Notes under the pieces: generated by a model | The model's input: the letters and a program-made list of their open reading frames with translations, nothing else | Database searches by the model: none | What the model was told of the DNA's origin: nothing | Program-made: the position numbers and the translations under genes | From: an uncultured Terriglobales bacterium | GTDB taxonomy: Bacteria > Acidobacteriota > Terriglobia > Terriglobales > Acidobacteriaceae | Assembly (NCBI GenBank): GCA_964476905.1 | Contig: CAYZHX010000001.1 | Span: 16,712-80,711 of the forward strand | Length of the DNA stretch: 64,000 nucleotides | Reading direction: 5' to 3' | Part shown: positions 18,705 through 27,954 of the stretch, piece by piece | Layout of the letters: each line of letters begins with the position of its first letter | Position numbering within the stretch: the first letter of the stretch is position 1

Positions 18705-20618
18705 TTACGCGGGCGACGGATGCCCCGGCGCCAATCCCGGCTGCCGTGATGGCTCGGGCTTAAGGACCTGCTGCACCCCACCGTCGCTGCCACCCGATGG
18801 CATCTTGATCGGCGGAAGATCTTTGCCTTCGATGATCATCTTGATCTCGTTGGCATCGAGGACTTCGCGCTCCAGCAAGGCTGCCGACATGCGATGCATG
18901 ATTTCCTTGTTGTTCGATAGGATCTGCACCGCCGACTTATAGCCCGCATCCACCAACTGACGCACTTCTTTGTCGATGTGCTGCGCTGTTTCTTCACTGA
19001 AATCGCGATGCTGATTGATCTCGCGTCCAAGGAAGATCTGCTCCTCCTTCTTGCCGAACGTGATCGGACCGAGCGAGCTCATGCCGAACTCGCATACCAT
19101 GCGGCGAGCGAGGTCGGAAGCCTGCTCGATGTCGTTGCCCGCGCCGGTGGTCATCTGTCCGAGGAAGATCTCTTCCGCCACGCGGCCACCCATCATGATG
19201 GCTAGACGTGTCTCCAGATATTCCTTCGTATAAGTGTGTTTATCGTCGATCGGCAGCTGCATGGTTACACCCAGCGCCATTCCGCGCGGGATGATCGTGA
19301 CCTTGTGCAGCGGGTCGGCGTGCTCCCGCATGGCGGCGACGAGTGCGTGACCTGCCTCGTGATAAGCCGTGACTTTTTTCTCATGGTCTGAGAGCAGCAT
19401 TGATTTCCGCTCTGCACCCATAAGCACTTTGTCCTTCGCTAGCTCAAAATCGTACATGTAGACTGCTTTGCGATTCTGGCGAGCCGCGTTCAGAGCCGCT
19501 TCGTTGACCATATTGGCCAAGTCGGCGCCGGAGAAGCCCGGAGTGCCGCGAGCGAGGATCGAAAGATCGACATCGTCTCCGATAGGAATCTTGCGAGTGT
19601 GTACGCGGAGAATCTCTTCGCGTCCACGAACGTCTGGTCGCGCTACAACGACGCGACGATCGAAGCGCCCAGGGCGCAGCAGCGCAGGATCAAGAACGTC
19701 AGGACGGTTAGTCGCGGCGATCAGAATCACGCCTTCGTTCGATTCGAAGCCGTCCATCTCGACAAGTAGTTGGTTCAGAGTCTGCTCGCGCTCGTCGTGT
19801 CCTCCACCGAGACCAGCTCCGCGATGACGTCCAACGGCGTCGATTTCGTCGATGAAGATGATGCACGGAGCGTTCTTTTTGCCCTGCTCAAACAGATCGC
19901 GTACGCGACTTGCACCTACGCCGACGAACATCTCAACGAAATCGGAACCAGAGATCGAGAAGAACGGAACGTTCGCTTCACCCGCTACTGCCCGGGCAAG
20001 CAGAGTTTTTCCTGTTCCCGGAGGTCCGACGAGCAGGACCCCTTTGGGGATGCGTCCGCCGAGCTTCTGAAACTTCTGCGCCTCGCGCAAAAATTCGATA
20101 ATCTCGCGCAGCTCTTCTTTGGCTTCATCGACGCCGGCCACGTCTTTAAACGTGACTTTCTTCTGCTGCATCGAGAGCAAGCGCGCGCGGCTCTTGCCAA
20201 AGGAGAGAGCTTTGTTGCCGCCGGTCTGCATTTGGCGAATCATCACGAACCAGAGCGCGGCAAAAAGGATTAGTGGAGAAAGATTCAGCAGGTAAGTCGG
20301 CCAACCATTCCCGGAATTGTCCTTCACGTTGATGTTGACACCTTTGTCGCGAAGGTCCTTGATCATGTCCGGATAATTGGCCGGAACCGTGGTTTGGAAC
20401 TGGCCTTTGCCGCTCTTGTACTTACCATGCACCTCGGTGCCGATCATCGTGATCTCGCTGACGTCGCCATGGTCCACGTCCTGCATGAACTGCGAGAACG
20501 AGACTGGGCTTTCTTTGGCACCGGCGCCACCGGCCTGGACTACTTTCCAGAGCAGCACTCCGGAGAGCAGTATGACTAGCCAGAACGCCACGGTCTTAAC
20601 GGTTGAATTCACTCTCAA
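18705..20618 (-). CDS. ftsH: ATP-dependent zinc metalloprotease FtsH
   Basis: N-terminal TM helices, Walker [19 protein letters not shown], Walker [10 protein letters not shown], zinc motif HEAGHAL. Confidence 0.97.
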   Translation of the reverse strand: MRVNSTVKTVAFWLVILLSGVLLWKVVQAGGAGAKESPVSFSQFMQDVDHGDVSEITMIGTEVHGKYKSGKGQFQTTVPANYPDMIKDLRDKGVNINVKDNSGNGWPTYLLNLSPLILFAALWFVMIRQMQTGGNKALSFGKSRARLLSMQQKKVTFKDVAGVDEAKEELREIIEFLREAQKFQKLGGRIPKGVLLVGPPGTGKTLLARAVAGEANVPFFSISGSDFVEMFVGVGASRVRDLFEQGKKNAPCIIFIDEIDAVGRHRGAGLGGGHDEREQTLNQLLVEMDGFESNEGVILIAATNRPDVLDPALLRPGRFDRRVVVARPDVRGREEILRVHTRKIPIGDDVDLSILARGTPGFSGADLANMVNEAALNAARQNRKAVYMYDFELAKDKVLMGAERKSMLLSDHEKKVTAYHEAGHALVAAMREHADPLHKVTIIPRGMALGVTMQLPIDDKHTYTKEYLETRLAIMMGGRVAEEIFLGQMTTGAGNDIEQASDLARRMVCEFGMSSLGPITFGKKEEQIFLGREINQHRDFSEETAQHIDKEVRQLVDAGYKSAVQILSNNKEIMHRMSAALLEREVLDANEIKMIIEGKDLPPIKMPSGGSDGGVQQVLKPEPSRQPGLAPGHPSPA

Positions 20619-20636
20619 TGCTCCTAAACCTACCCT

Positions 20637-21002
20637 CTAGGACTCCGATGCGCGGCCATATGCCGCCCTAAAAAGCCCCAAATCCGAATCTAGAAAAACT
20701 ACCATTCGAGCCTTCCAAAGGCCCAAACTGCTGGTTTCTTGCGCAGAACCCGCTATGCCACACATCAAAATGGGGGTTTTGGACGCCAATGGCCCTACCC
20801 CTCCATTGTGCTTAGATGCTGAAGAAGGGATTTCGACCCCTTCATCGTAACCTAAATTGTATATGGTTTCCGGGCCGTAAACCCCATCCAAAGTAATGCC
20901 AATTACCAGAGCTTCCAATCCATTAGACACCGTGGTTAGGGCTAAGGTGGTGAAGATCGGCTGTCGGAATTCGGCCAGTACGCTCTTTGGCTCTGCTGCC
21001 AT
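20637..21002 (-). CDS. hypothetical ORF in the hpt-ftsH spacer (coding status doubtful)
   Basis: 121-aa ORF with no recognisable motif. It is the only ORF of the correct strand in the roughly 500-nt spacer. Confidence 0.2.
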   Translation of the reverse strand: MAAEPKSVLAEFRQPIFTTLALTTVSNGLEALVIGITLDGVYGPETIYNLGYDEGVEIPSSASKHNGGVGPLASKTPILMCGIAGSAQETSSLGLWKARMVVFLDSDLGLFRAAYGRASES

Positions 21003-21119
21003 TAAGCTTTAGACGGTCTCACCGCGTGTTTGATGAGGAGTTTTCGGGCTAATTTGGGCGCCGACCCACCATACTGTCCCCTGGCCGAGAACCCGAAAGC
21101 CGATGAAGACGCCGGTTTT

Positions 21120-21680
21120 CTACTTCCCCTCGCTCTGAATATGCGGCAGATTACGGCCGAACTGGGGATTTCCGAGGCCATACCCAACGATGTAAGTCTC
21201 CTCGACGATGAATCCCATGTAATCGGGCTGGAGGGGCACTCTGCGAGCGGTTTGTTTGTCGATGAGGGCGGCTAGTTTGACGGAACTGGCGCCCCATCCC
21301 TGGATCGTTCGCATCAGAAACTCGGTCGTCTGCCCGGACTGAATCACGCCTTCCACGAAAAGAACGTCCTTGCCCTTGACGTCAATCTCAGGACCATAGT
21401 GAATCTGAATTTGCGATGCCACGCCGTTCATAGCTTTTCTTTGCGGCTGAACAAAATGAAGGAGGGATGCCACGCTGATAGATCGAATGAGATCGGCGCA
21501 GAATACGAACCCATTAGGAAGGACGCAGATCAGGGCGAGGTTCTTTCCCGAATAATCGCGGGAAATCTGCTGACCCATTTCTCTTACGCGTCGCTGAATC
21601 TGCTCGGCAGTGAGCAGGATTTTCTCTGGCATTCGCGTGGGGTACTGCTTTGAAGTCTGACCCCGAAGGGCGGCTTTCAA
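21120..21680 (-). CDS. hpt: hypoxanthine phosphoribosyltransferase-family protein (divergent active-site motifs)
   Basis: Colinear with Hpt (LTAEQIQRRVREMGQQISRDY...GKDVLFVEGVIQSGQT...VGYGL). An alternative start at ATG 21632 (MPEKILL) is plausible. The PRPP motif reads EGVIQSG instead of EDIIDSG. Confidence 0.7.
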   Translation of the reverse strand: MKAALRGQTSKQYPTRMPEKILLTAEQIQRRVREMGQQISRDYSGKNLALICVLPNGFVFCADLIRSISVASLLHFVQPQRKAMNGVASQIQIHYGPEIDVKGKDVLFVEGVIQSGQTTEFLMRTIQGWGASSVKLAALIDKQTARRVPLQPDYMGFIVEETYIVGYGLGNPQFGRNLPHIQSEGK

Positions 21681-23158
21681 TCCGTGCTTTCTTCAATCAC
21701 GATCTGTTGACCACTCGAGGCTAGCAATGCAGGCGCCTCGATGCCACGTACCCAGACAATGCGTTCGCCGGCAACGACAACCGGCCAAACCCGCTTTTCT
21801 TCCGCGCTGAGGTGCAGCGGGTACAGCAACTCCTTCACCCGCTTCTCCGACGTGTGCCGCCCAGATCGAAAGCGATCTCCGGCTCGCCAGTTTCGCACGC
21901 GCAGAGTCGAATGCGGCGGCAGTTGGAAAGCGTGTGCCCGATTATAAGCCGGGCAGATAACAGAACCGTTATCTTCGCAGATGCGCGCGCGAATTGTTGC
22001 GCCAAGCTCCGGGATACACGTGTCACCCGGCAGTGGTAAGCGATATTCGTAGCCGGCAGTGGACGCTTTGGAGGTTGTACGCTCGATCCGGAGTTCGCGG
22101 AAGAGAAGCCGAGCGTTCCACCCTTCTTCGACCTCGACTGTCCTGCTTTGTGCACCACGCGTCTGCCGCTGAGAAATCAGATCGAGGATTGCCTGAACGT
22201 GCTCGAAATCGAGACTGCAGCCAATCTGTTCTGCGGCTGCACGGAGAACCCGGCGTTGCACAGCCAGCGGCTGCTGCTGCAGAGCCTGAATGTCGATCGC
22301 AGTCGCACGTGCTGACGTTTGCCTGCGTCCGCCACCGCGGGCCGGTTCTCCGGGTTTACAGACAAGAGGCAGAAGCCGCTTTGTCTGCTCAGCCCAGTAC
22401 TCTTCTTCAGCTCGCGAGATTTCTGCCAGGTGTGCCAACGAAATATCCACTGCAGGATTCAGCTCATCGCGCAGCACAGGAAGAACCCGTGCGCGGACAC
22501 GATTGCGAGTGATGGTCAGATCGGAGTTACTGACATCTTCACGCCATCGCTGCTGTAGAACGTGCAGATAAGCGCGAACCTCCTCGCGTCGAATTCCCAA
22601 AAGAGGGCGCACCACGGCACCAGCGCCAAACCCGTGTTCCGTAAAGATGCCGGCCATACCTCGCGTCCCCGCCCCGCGTATTACCTTCATCAGCACAGTC
22701 TCAGCTTGATCGTCGAGTGTGTGCGCAGTAGCGATACGTTTAACTTTACCCCGCAGCAGCGACTCGAAAAATCCATGCCGCAGCTGCCGGGCGGCAGTTT
22801 CGAGACTGATCTTTTTCTGAGCCGCATACGCACGCGCTTCACCTTGTCCAAAGTGAAACTCCAACTCGCAGGAACTCGCTAATTCTCTGACGAACTCTTC
22901 GTCAGCATCCGCATCCGCTCCACGAATCCCATGATGAAAATGAGCCACGCTAAGCACGATGCCTAATTCCGCGCGCAGCTCCAGCAGAATCCGCAGGAGC
23001 CCAACGGAGTCTGCGCCGCCGGAGACGGCTAGAGCAACACGATCGCCCGCGCGCATCAGTTCGCGCTCGCGAATATAGCGCGCGACGCGTTGGACCAGTG
23101 AGAGCACGAGAACATGATGGGGCAGGCGGTCGGCATTCGGCAATCGGCATTCGGCCAA
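21677..23158 (-). CDS. tilS: tRNA(Ile)-lysidine synthase TilS
   Basis: PP-loop LAVSGGADSVGLL and typical TilS length. The stop overlaps the longest hpt ORF by 4 nt. The annotated TTG start lies inside a heptad repeat array, so the true start may be a downstream GTG. Confidence 0.9.
   Translation of the reverse strand: MAECRLPNADRLPHHVLVLSLVQRVARYIRERELMRAGDRVALAVSGGADSVGLLRILLELRAELGIVLSVAHFHHGIRGADADADEEFVRELASSCELEFHFGQGEARAYAAQKKISLETAARQLRHGFFESLLRGKVKRIATAHTLDDQAETVLMKVIRGAGTRGMAGIFTEHGFGAGAVVRPLLGIRREEVRAYLHVLQQRWREDVSNSDLTITRNRVRARVLPVLRDELNPAVDISLAHLAEISRAEEEYWAEQTKRLLPLVCKPGEPARGGGRRQTSARATAIDIQALQQQPLAVQRRVLRAAAEQIGCSLDFEHVQAILDLISQRQTRGAQSRTVEVEEGWNARLLFRELRIERTTSKASTAGYEYRLPLPGDTCIPELGATIRARICEDNGSVICPAYNRAHAFQLPPHSTLRVRNWRAGDRFRSGRHTSEKRVKELLYPLHLSAEEKRVWPVVVAGERIVWVRGIEAPALLASSGQQIVIEESTD
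23130..23157. repeat. four tandem heptads TCGGCNN
   Basis: tcggcat tcggcaa tcggcat tcggcca read directly. The 7-nt period is not a multiple of 3. Confidence 0.9.
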
Positions 23159-23236
23159 ATTATTTCCGGGGCTACAAACACCTCCAGTACCGGAGTGTGA
23201 TTAGCTGAATTTCTATGGCGGGACAGACGGTTCTTA

Positions 23237-23271
23237 GCCGAGGGCCGATTGCCGAGGGCCGACCGCCGCCG
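23237..23271. repeat. four to five tandem heptads GCCGANN (reverse complement of NNTCGGC), inverted relative to 23130-23157
   Basis: gccgagg gccgatt gccgagg gccgacc gccgccg read directly, immediately upstream of the ispD ATG. Confidence 0.9.
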
Positions 23272-23287
23272 TTATACTTCGCTTCCC

Positions 23288-24025
23288 ATGAAAGTGGTGG
23301 CCATCATTCCGGCGGCGGGACTCGGAACGCGCATGGCTGCGCATTCAGGCGCTCGTACCGGCCAACCGGCTAAACAATTCGCCGAAATCGCGGGTAAGCC
23401 GATTCTGTTGCACACGCTCGAACGGTTTTCAGCAGTACCTGAGGTGACCGACATCTACATCGCCGTTCGCGAGAGTGAGACTGGGAGGCTACGCGAGTTT
23501 CTGTCTGCGCAGAAGTTGCGGCCGAAAATGCACGTGGTTGTTGGCGGTGATCACCGTCAGCAATCAGTCGCAAACGCTCTGCGTGAAATTCGTGCGGAGG
23601 ACGATGACGTGGTCCTAGTCCACGACGCCGTGCGTCCTCTTGTTGATGGCGAGATTATTCGAAATGTGATCGAGAGCGCCGCGGCGCAAGGCGCCGCCAT
23701 AGCCGGTCTGCCTGCAGTCGATACCATCAAACAAGTCGAGCGCACCCCGAGCGGCGCAATCATTACGTCCACAGTGCCGCGCGAACGAGTTGTCATGGCG
23801 CAGACTCCGCAGGGATTCCGCTACTCGGTAATCAAGCGCGCCTTCGATGAAGCAGCTCAGGACGGCTTTGTCGGAACCGACGAGGCTTCCCTGGTAGAAC
23901 GATCGGGAAATCAGGTCGCGGTAGTTATGGGCTCGGCGCGAAATATCAAAATCACCACGCCATCGGACATGGAACTCGCAGAATTCTTGTTTCACCGCGA
24001 CGGCACGAAGAAAGCTGTCGGGTGA
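23288..24025 (+). CDS. ispD: 2-C-methyl-D-erythritol 4-phosphate cytidylyltransferase IspD
   Basis: ORF 23249 (TTG) trimmed to ATG 23288 (MKVVAIIPAAGLGTRM). Motifs VLVHDAVRP and QTPQGF. Confidence 0.9.
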   Translation: MKVVAIIPAAGLGTRMAAHSGARTGQPAKQFAEIAGKPILLHTLERFSAVPEVTDIYIAVRESETGRLREFLSAQKLRPKMHVVVGGDHRQQSVANALREIRAEDDDVVLVHDAVRPLVDGEIIRNVIESAAAQGAAIAGLPAVDTIKQVERTPSGAIITSTVPRERVVMAQTPQGFRYSVIKRAFDEAAQDGFVGTDEASLVERSGNQVAVVMGSARNIKITTPSDMELAEFLFHRDGTKKAVG

Positions 24026-24116
24026 TCCGCGCGTGGTGTTCCATTCTCTACTTCCCCGGTGACCCGATGACCCACGGCACGATTGCTACACTTTCCTAAG
24101 CTCTTAAAGGAGACGG

Positions 24117-24710
24117 ATGAGGATTGGCTACGGTTGGGATTCACACGAGTTCAAAAAAGGCGTCCCTCTAAAGATCGGTGGTGTGACTCTGGAGCACACG
24201 CATGGACTTGCTGGGCACTCCGACGGCGACGTCTTGCTGCACGCGCTCACTGACGCCCTCCTCGGCGCCGTAGCTGCCGGAGATATCGGCGGCTACTTCC
24301 CTCCGTCAGACCCGAAATGGAAAAATGCGGACTCTTCCCTATTCGTAGCCGTTGCGCTCGCGAAGGTGAAAGAAGCCGGTTATCAGGTTTGTAACGTGGA
24401 TTCCACACTCGTTCTTTCAGAACCGCGTGTAGGGCCGGTGGCAAACCGCATCCGCCAACGCGTGGCGGAACTCTTAGAGATTTCGCCTTTAGAAGTGGGA
24501 ATCAAAGCCAAGACTCCTGAAGGCATGGGAACGGAGAAAGCGGCCATTGCTCACGTCGTCGTACTGCTCGAGAGGCACGATGATCACAAAAAGCTGGAGG
24601 TAGCGGCGGCAATGCTTGAGGCGAACAAGCACGTTGATGAGGTTGTGAAAGGCCTTATCGGTGATGTGAAGATTGAGAAGAAGCCGCGTCGTGAAAAAGT
24701 ACGAGCCTAG
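24117..24710 (+). CDS. ispF: 2-C-methyl-D-erythritol 2,4-cyclodiphosphate synthase IspF with about 40-aa C-terminal tail
   Basis: MRIGYGWDSHEF, GHSDGDVLLHALTDALLGA, and core end ..AIAHVVVLL. The extra Lys/Glu-rich tail is HDDHKKLEV...KIEKKPRREKVRA. Confidence 0.9.
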   Translation: MRIGYGWDSHEFKKGVPLKIGGVTLEHTHGLAGHSDGDVLLHALTDALLGAVAAGDIGGYFPPSDPKWKNADSSLFVAVALAKVKEAGYQVCNVDSTLVLSEPRVGPVANRIRQRVAELLEISPLEVGIKAKTPEGMGTEKAAIAHVVVLLERHDDHKKLEVAAAMLEANKHVDEVVKGLIGDVKIEKKPRREKVRA

Positions 24711-24713
24711 AGA

Positions 24714-25613
24714 TTAGTAAAGGCGGAAGCTTACTTCGATCTGGATGGCCACGTTGACTTTCCGGCCGTCTTTCACTGCGGGTTCAAACAACCACTGGTT
24801 TAACGCTTCCAGAGCCTTCTCGTCCAAACCAAGACCCAAGGCGCGGATCACACGAGGATTATGAATCCTGCCATCCGCCCCAACAATTGCCTCCACCAAA
24901 ACCGTGCCTTGATGCTTCGCTTTGCGAGCTTCTTCAGAGAACTCCGGCTCGGTCTGGACCTTGATACGCGGAGGAGAAACTCCGCCCCCTACTTGAAAGA
25001 CTCCTCCACCAATTCCAGCCGTGTCTCCGGGACCAACACCTCGCCCATTGCCTTCGCCTACACCGCCACAGCATCCTGCGCCAATGCCGGAGCCATAACC
25101 GGTTCCGTTCGACGGCACGCTCAAAACGCTGGTGAGGGAGCCAACAGGCCCTTGCTGCGTAATCTTTACCTGCGGCGGCACCATAACGGTTTGCTCAACT
25201 ACAAGCTTGGGAGCGTCGTTACGAATAACCACGGTTGGCGGTGTGATCTGCTGCATGCTGAACTTCGGAGGCGCACCACGACTGACTTCAAGTTTGTCGC
25301 GATCGCCACCACCTCCGCCGCCACCAACGTGCTTCGCAGCGCTCGGCAGAGGAATGTAAGCTCCGATGTCCACGACCGGTCCCAGCACCCTTGCAATGTC
25401 AGTGCGGTGCTGGATCACCTGGTGCGTGACAAAAAGAACAAGAGCAAGCACCACCATGTGCAGAATGACTGACGTATAAAAATTGCGCGATTGAACCGCG
25501 TATGTGCCGTATCCGTCACCAAACAATGTAGGCAGGATGTCGTGTGGCTGTCGCCGAGTTGGGAGATTTCCCGACGGTAGCGGAGAGGCCGGTTGCGTGG
25601 CCGAGGTAGCCAT
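24714..25613 (-). CDS. TonB-family energy transducer
   Basis: ORF trimmed to ATG 25613 (MATSATQ...). TM helix VILHMVVLALVLFV, a Gly/Pro-rich linker, and a C-terminal TonB_C-like segment (HQGTVLVEAIVGADGRIHNPRVIRALGLGLDEKALEALNQW). Confidence 0.75.
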   Translation of the reverse strand: MATSATQPASPLPSGNLPTRRQPHDILPTLFGDGYGTYAVQSRNFYTSVILHMVVLALVLFVTHQVIQHRTDIARVLGPVVDIGAYIPLPSAAKHVGGGGGGGDRDKLEVSRGAPPKFSMQQITPPTVVIRNDAPKLVVEQTVMVPPQVKITQQGPVGSLTSVLSVPSNGTGYGSGIGAGCCGGVGEGNGRGVGPGDTAGIGGGVFQVGGGVSPPRIKVQTEPEFSEEARKAKHQGTVLVEAIVGADGRIHNPRVIRALGLGLDEKALEALNQWLFEPAVKDGRKVNVAIQIEVSFRLY

Positions 25614-26136
25614 GTGTCTGCTCCACAGTATAGACCGCCAGCACAGAAAAATGTTCCCGATTTCTCGGGTATTGCGCCGGCGTGGCGACCTTGAACTCGA
25701 GTACGCCAATCTGGAAGCTGTGCCAGCAGCTACTCTAAAACGTTATAGCGCAGAGGCTTGCACAAGCTGCGAGGAAAACGACAATAGCACGTCACCTACA
25801 TTCCCGCTACTCAAAATGGGATGAAAATCGGCAATTATAGAGGACGCACTCCCCAAGTGCGTATGTGCAGGCGTTGTCCCCTTACGGGGTCTACGAGTCA
25901 AAGCCCTCCGAACAAACGCGCGCGCCACTCGCGCGAACTTTTGTTTATGTCACCTACAGCTGGATACGTCCATTTCGGATCAGCAACCGAACATCCTGCC
26001 AGAGCGGACCGCAGGTCCCTTGCCGTCTTTACTCTCGTATATTCCTGAAACGAACCCGTCAATTGCTGCCAACCCTCTTTCGAATCAATGGAATCTCAAA
26101 GCTCAGGAGAATTTAGAAGGAGGCAAAGTTCAACTC

Positions 26137-26535
26137 ATGGCAACAAGACACCGTTCCACTTCGCGTAGAAGCAGTTCGGCGCGCAGCAAAAGTCGTCGCA
26201 GCAGCGGAAGTTCACGAGGCAAATCGGCGCGCAGCGGCCGCAGCGCTTCGGCGCGTAGTTCGCATCGCAGTACTTCGCGCTCACGCCGCAGTTCATCCTC
26301 GAAGGGACGCAAGTCGAGTTCCCGCCGCAAGTACAGTCCAAGTGCCGGGAAGAACGTCGAACGAGAAATGCACGAGTTCAAGCGCGGCCGTCTCAAAATG
26401 GGACGCAGTGGTAAGAAAGTGAAGAGCCGCAAACAGGCGATTGCGATTGGGCTTTCCGAAGCCCGCCGCGAGGGAAAGAAAGTTCCTTCGAAGAAGGGCA
26501 GCTCATCTTCTTCATCGCATCGCAAGGCAGCCTGA
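26137..26535 (+). CDS. Arg/Ser-rich basic protein with DUF6496-like C-terminal motif
   Basis: ATG 26137 follows a strong SD (GAAGGAGG, 26116-26123). About 90 aa of RS/SR low complexity. C-terminal EMHEFKRGRLKMGRSGKKVKSRKQAIAIGLSEARREG matches a conserved small-protein family as I remember it. Confidence 0.65.
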   Translation: MATRHRSTSRRSSSARSKSRRSSGSSRGKSARSGRSASARSSHRSTSRSRRSSSSKGRKSSSRRKYSPSAGKNVEREMHEFKRGRLKMGRSGKKVKSRKQAIAIGLSEARREGKKVPSKKGSSSSSSHRKAA

Positions 26536-26790
26536 TGTACTTCCGGGCCGTTGCCCATTTCGGCTGCGGCCCTTTCCAATTCCAAACCGTCGGCTCACAT
26601 TCCATCGCAGTCGGAATTCTTTCCCATCCAATGCATCGATCTCCTTCTGCCGGTGCTAGACTGTCTCTGCGTTAAGGGCGCATCCGGTCCGCGGGAAGGA
26701 CAGAAGTCCACCTGAGTCAACAACTAGTTCTACGAACTTACTTTCTGCCCGTCAGATGCGGACCCTCGGGCGAGTGAAAGGAAGTTCGTC

Positions 26791-27888
26791 ATGCCGACCA
26801 GAGTTCTCCCGCCAAATCCCAACCTGGATCATCTGAAGCACCAAGCAAAAGACCTGCTGAAAGCGCAAGCCGCACGCGATCGCGCTGTGGCACAGCGCAT
26901 TCGCGAATTTCATCCTCGTTTTCGCGAAGCAGCAGATGGTGAAATCTTCGAAACGCGGTTAAGTCTGAGCGACGCGCAACTCGCCATCGCTCGTGAATAC
27001 GGATTCCCAAGTTGGACTAGATTGAAGCGCCGTGTTGAGCAGCCAACCGATTCTGACAACGTAAGTCGCCCCCATCACGAGCGTATTGAAGATCCAATCT
27101 TTCGACGTGCCGTAGAGCTCGCCGATGCGGGCGATGTCGAGGCACTGCGAAGTCACCTAACGCAGTATCCGCAGTTAGTGAATCAGCAAGTGACCTTTGA
27201 AGGAGGCAATTACTTTCGCAATCCAACTCTGCTGGAATTCACCGCAGAAAATCCGGTTCGGCGTCGCAAGCTGCCCAACAACATCGTCGATGTAATGAAA
27301 GTAATTCTCGAAGCAGGCGCAAACATCACCTCGCGAGAGCGAACGCTCGGACTTGTTTGTTCAGGCTGCGTGCCGCGCGAATGCGGAGTTCAGATCCCGC
27401 AGATCGATTTGCTTTGCGATTTTGGAACGGATCCGAGTTCTGCGATTGAAGCTTCCCTGGCCCACGGTGAATTCGAGGCTGTGAAGACACTGCTGCGACG
27501 AGGCGCTCGGATCACACTGCCGGTCGCAGCTGCCTTGGGGCGCGTCGAGGACGCGCAGCGCTTGCTTGAGTTTTCAGATAGCCATGGACGCCATAAAGCG
27601 CTCGCTTTGGCTTCGCAATTTGGACACGTTGACGTTGTTCGTCTCCTTCTGGATGCTGGCGAAGATCCCAATCGGTACAGCCCGGTTGGTCTACATTCGC
27701 ATTCAACGCCGTTGCATCAGGCCTCAGCCGGGGGACATGACACAGTCGTTCGCCTGCTCGTTGAGCGAGGCGCGACGCCGAGGATGAAGGACACGCTCTT
27801 TGGTGCCACACCTGCGGATTGGGCGAAACATGAGGGAAGGAAGGAGATCGAACAGTATCTAAGGGAGCAGATGATTCTGCAAAGGTGA
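26791..27888 (+). CDS. ankyrin-repeat protein
   Basis: Repeats such as TPLHQASAGGHDTVVRLLVERGATP and LALASQFGHVDVVRLLLDAGEDPN. Confidence 0.8.
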   Translation: MPTRVLPPNPNLDHLKHQAKDLLKAQAARDRAVAQRIREFHPRFREAADGEIFETRLSLSDAQLAIAREYGFPSWTRLKRRVEQPTDSDNVSRPHHERIEDPIFRRAVELADAGDVEALRSHLTQYPQLVNQQVTFEGGNYFRNPTLLEFTAENPVRRRKLPNNIVDVMKVILEAGANITSRERTLGLVCSGCVPRECGVQIPQIDLLCDFGTDPSSAIEASLAHGEFEAVKTLLRRGARITLPVAAALGRVEDAQRLLEFSDSHGRHKALALASQFGHVDVVRLLLDAGEDPNRYSPVGLHSHSTPLHQASAGGHDTVVRLLVERGATPRMKDTLFGATPADWAKHEGRKEIEQYLREQMILQR

Positions 27889-27954
27889 CTGATTGTAGGC
27901 GCAAAATCAAGATCACTTGCCGATGCTCAGTGCGACGAGTCAGGGCGCGCGTCG

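Noticed and set aside
25842-25860. Perfect 7-bp hairpin ACGCACT-CCCCA-AGTGCGT in the TonB/RS-protein intergenic region
   Set aside because: No T-run follows on either strand and there is no gene end nearby. It cannot be distinguished from chance in a 420-nt GC-rich spacer.
26130-26585. 151-aa minus-strand ORF rich in Arg/Leu/Glu
   Set aside because: It is the mirror image of the Arg/Ser-rich coding tract. The plus-strand gene has a strong SD and a conserved C-terminal motif.
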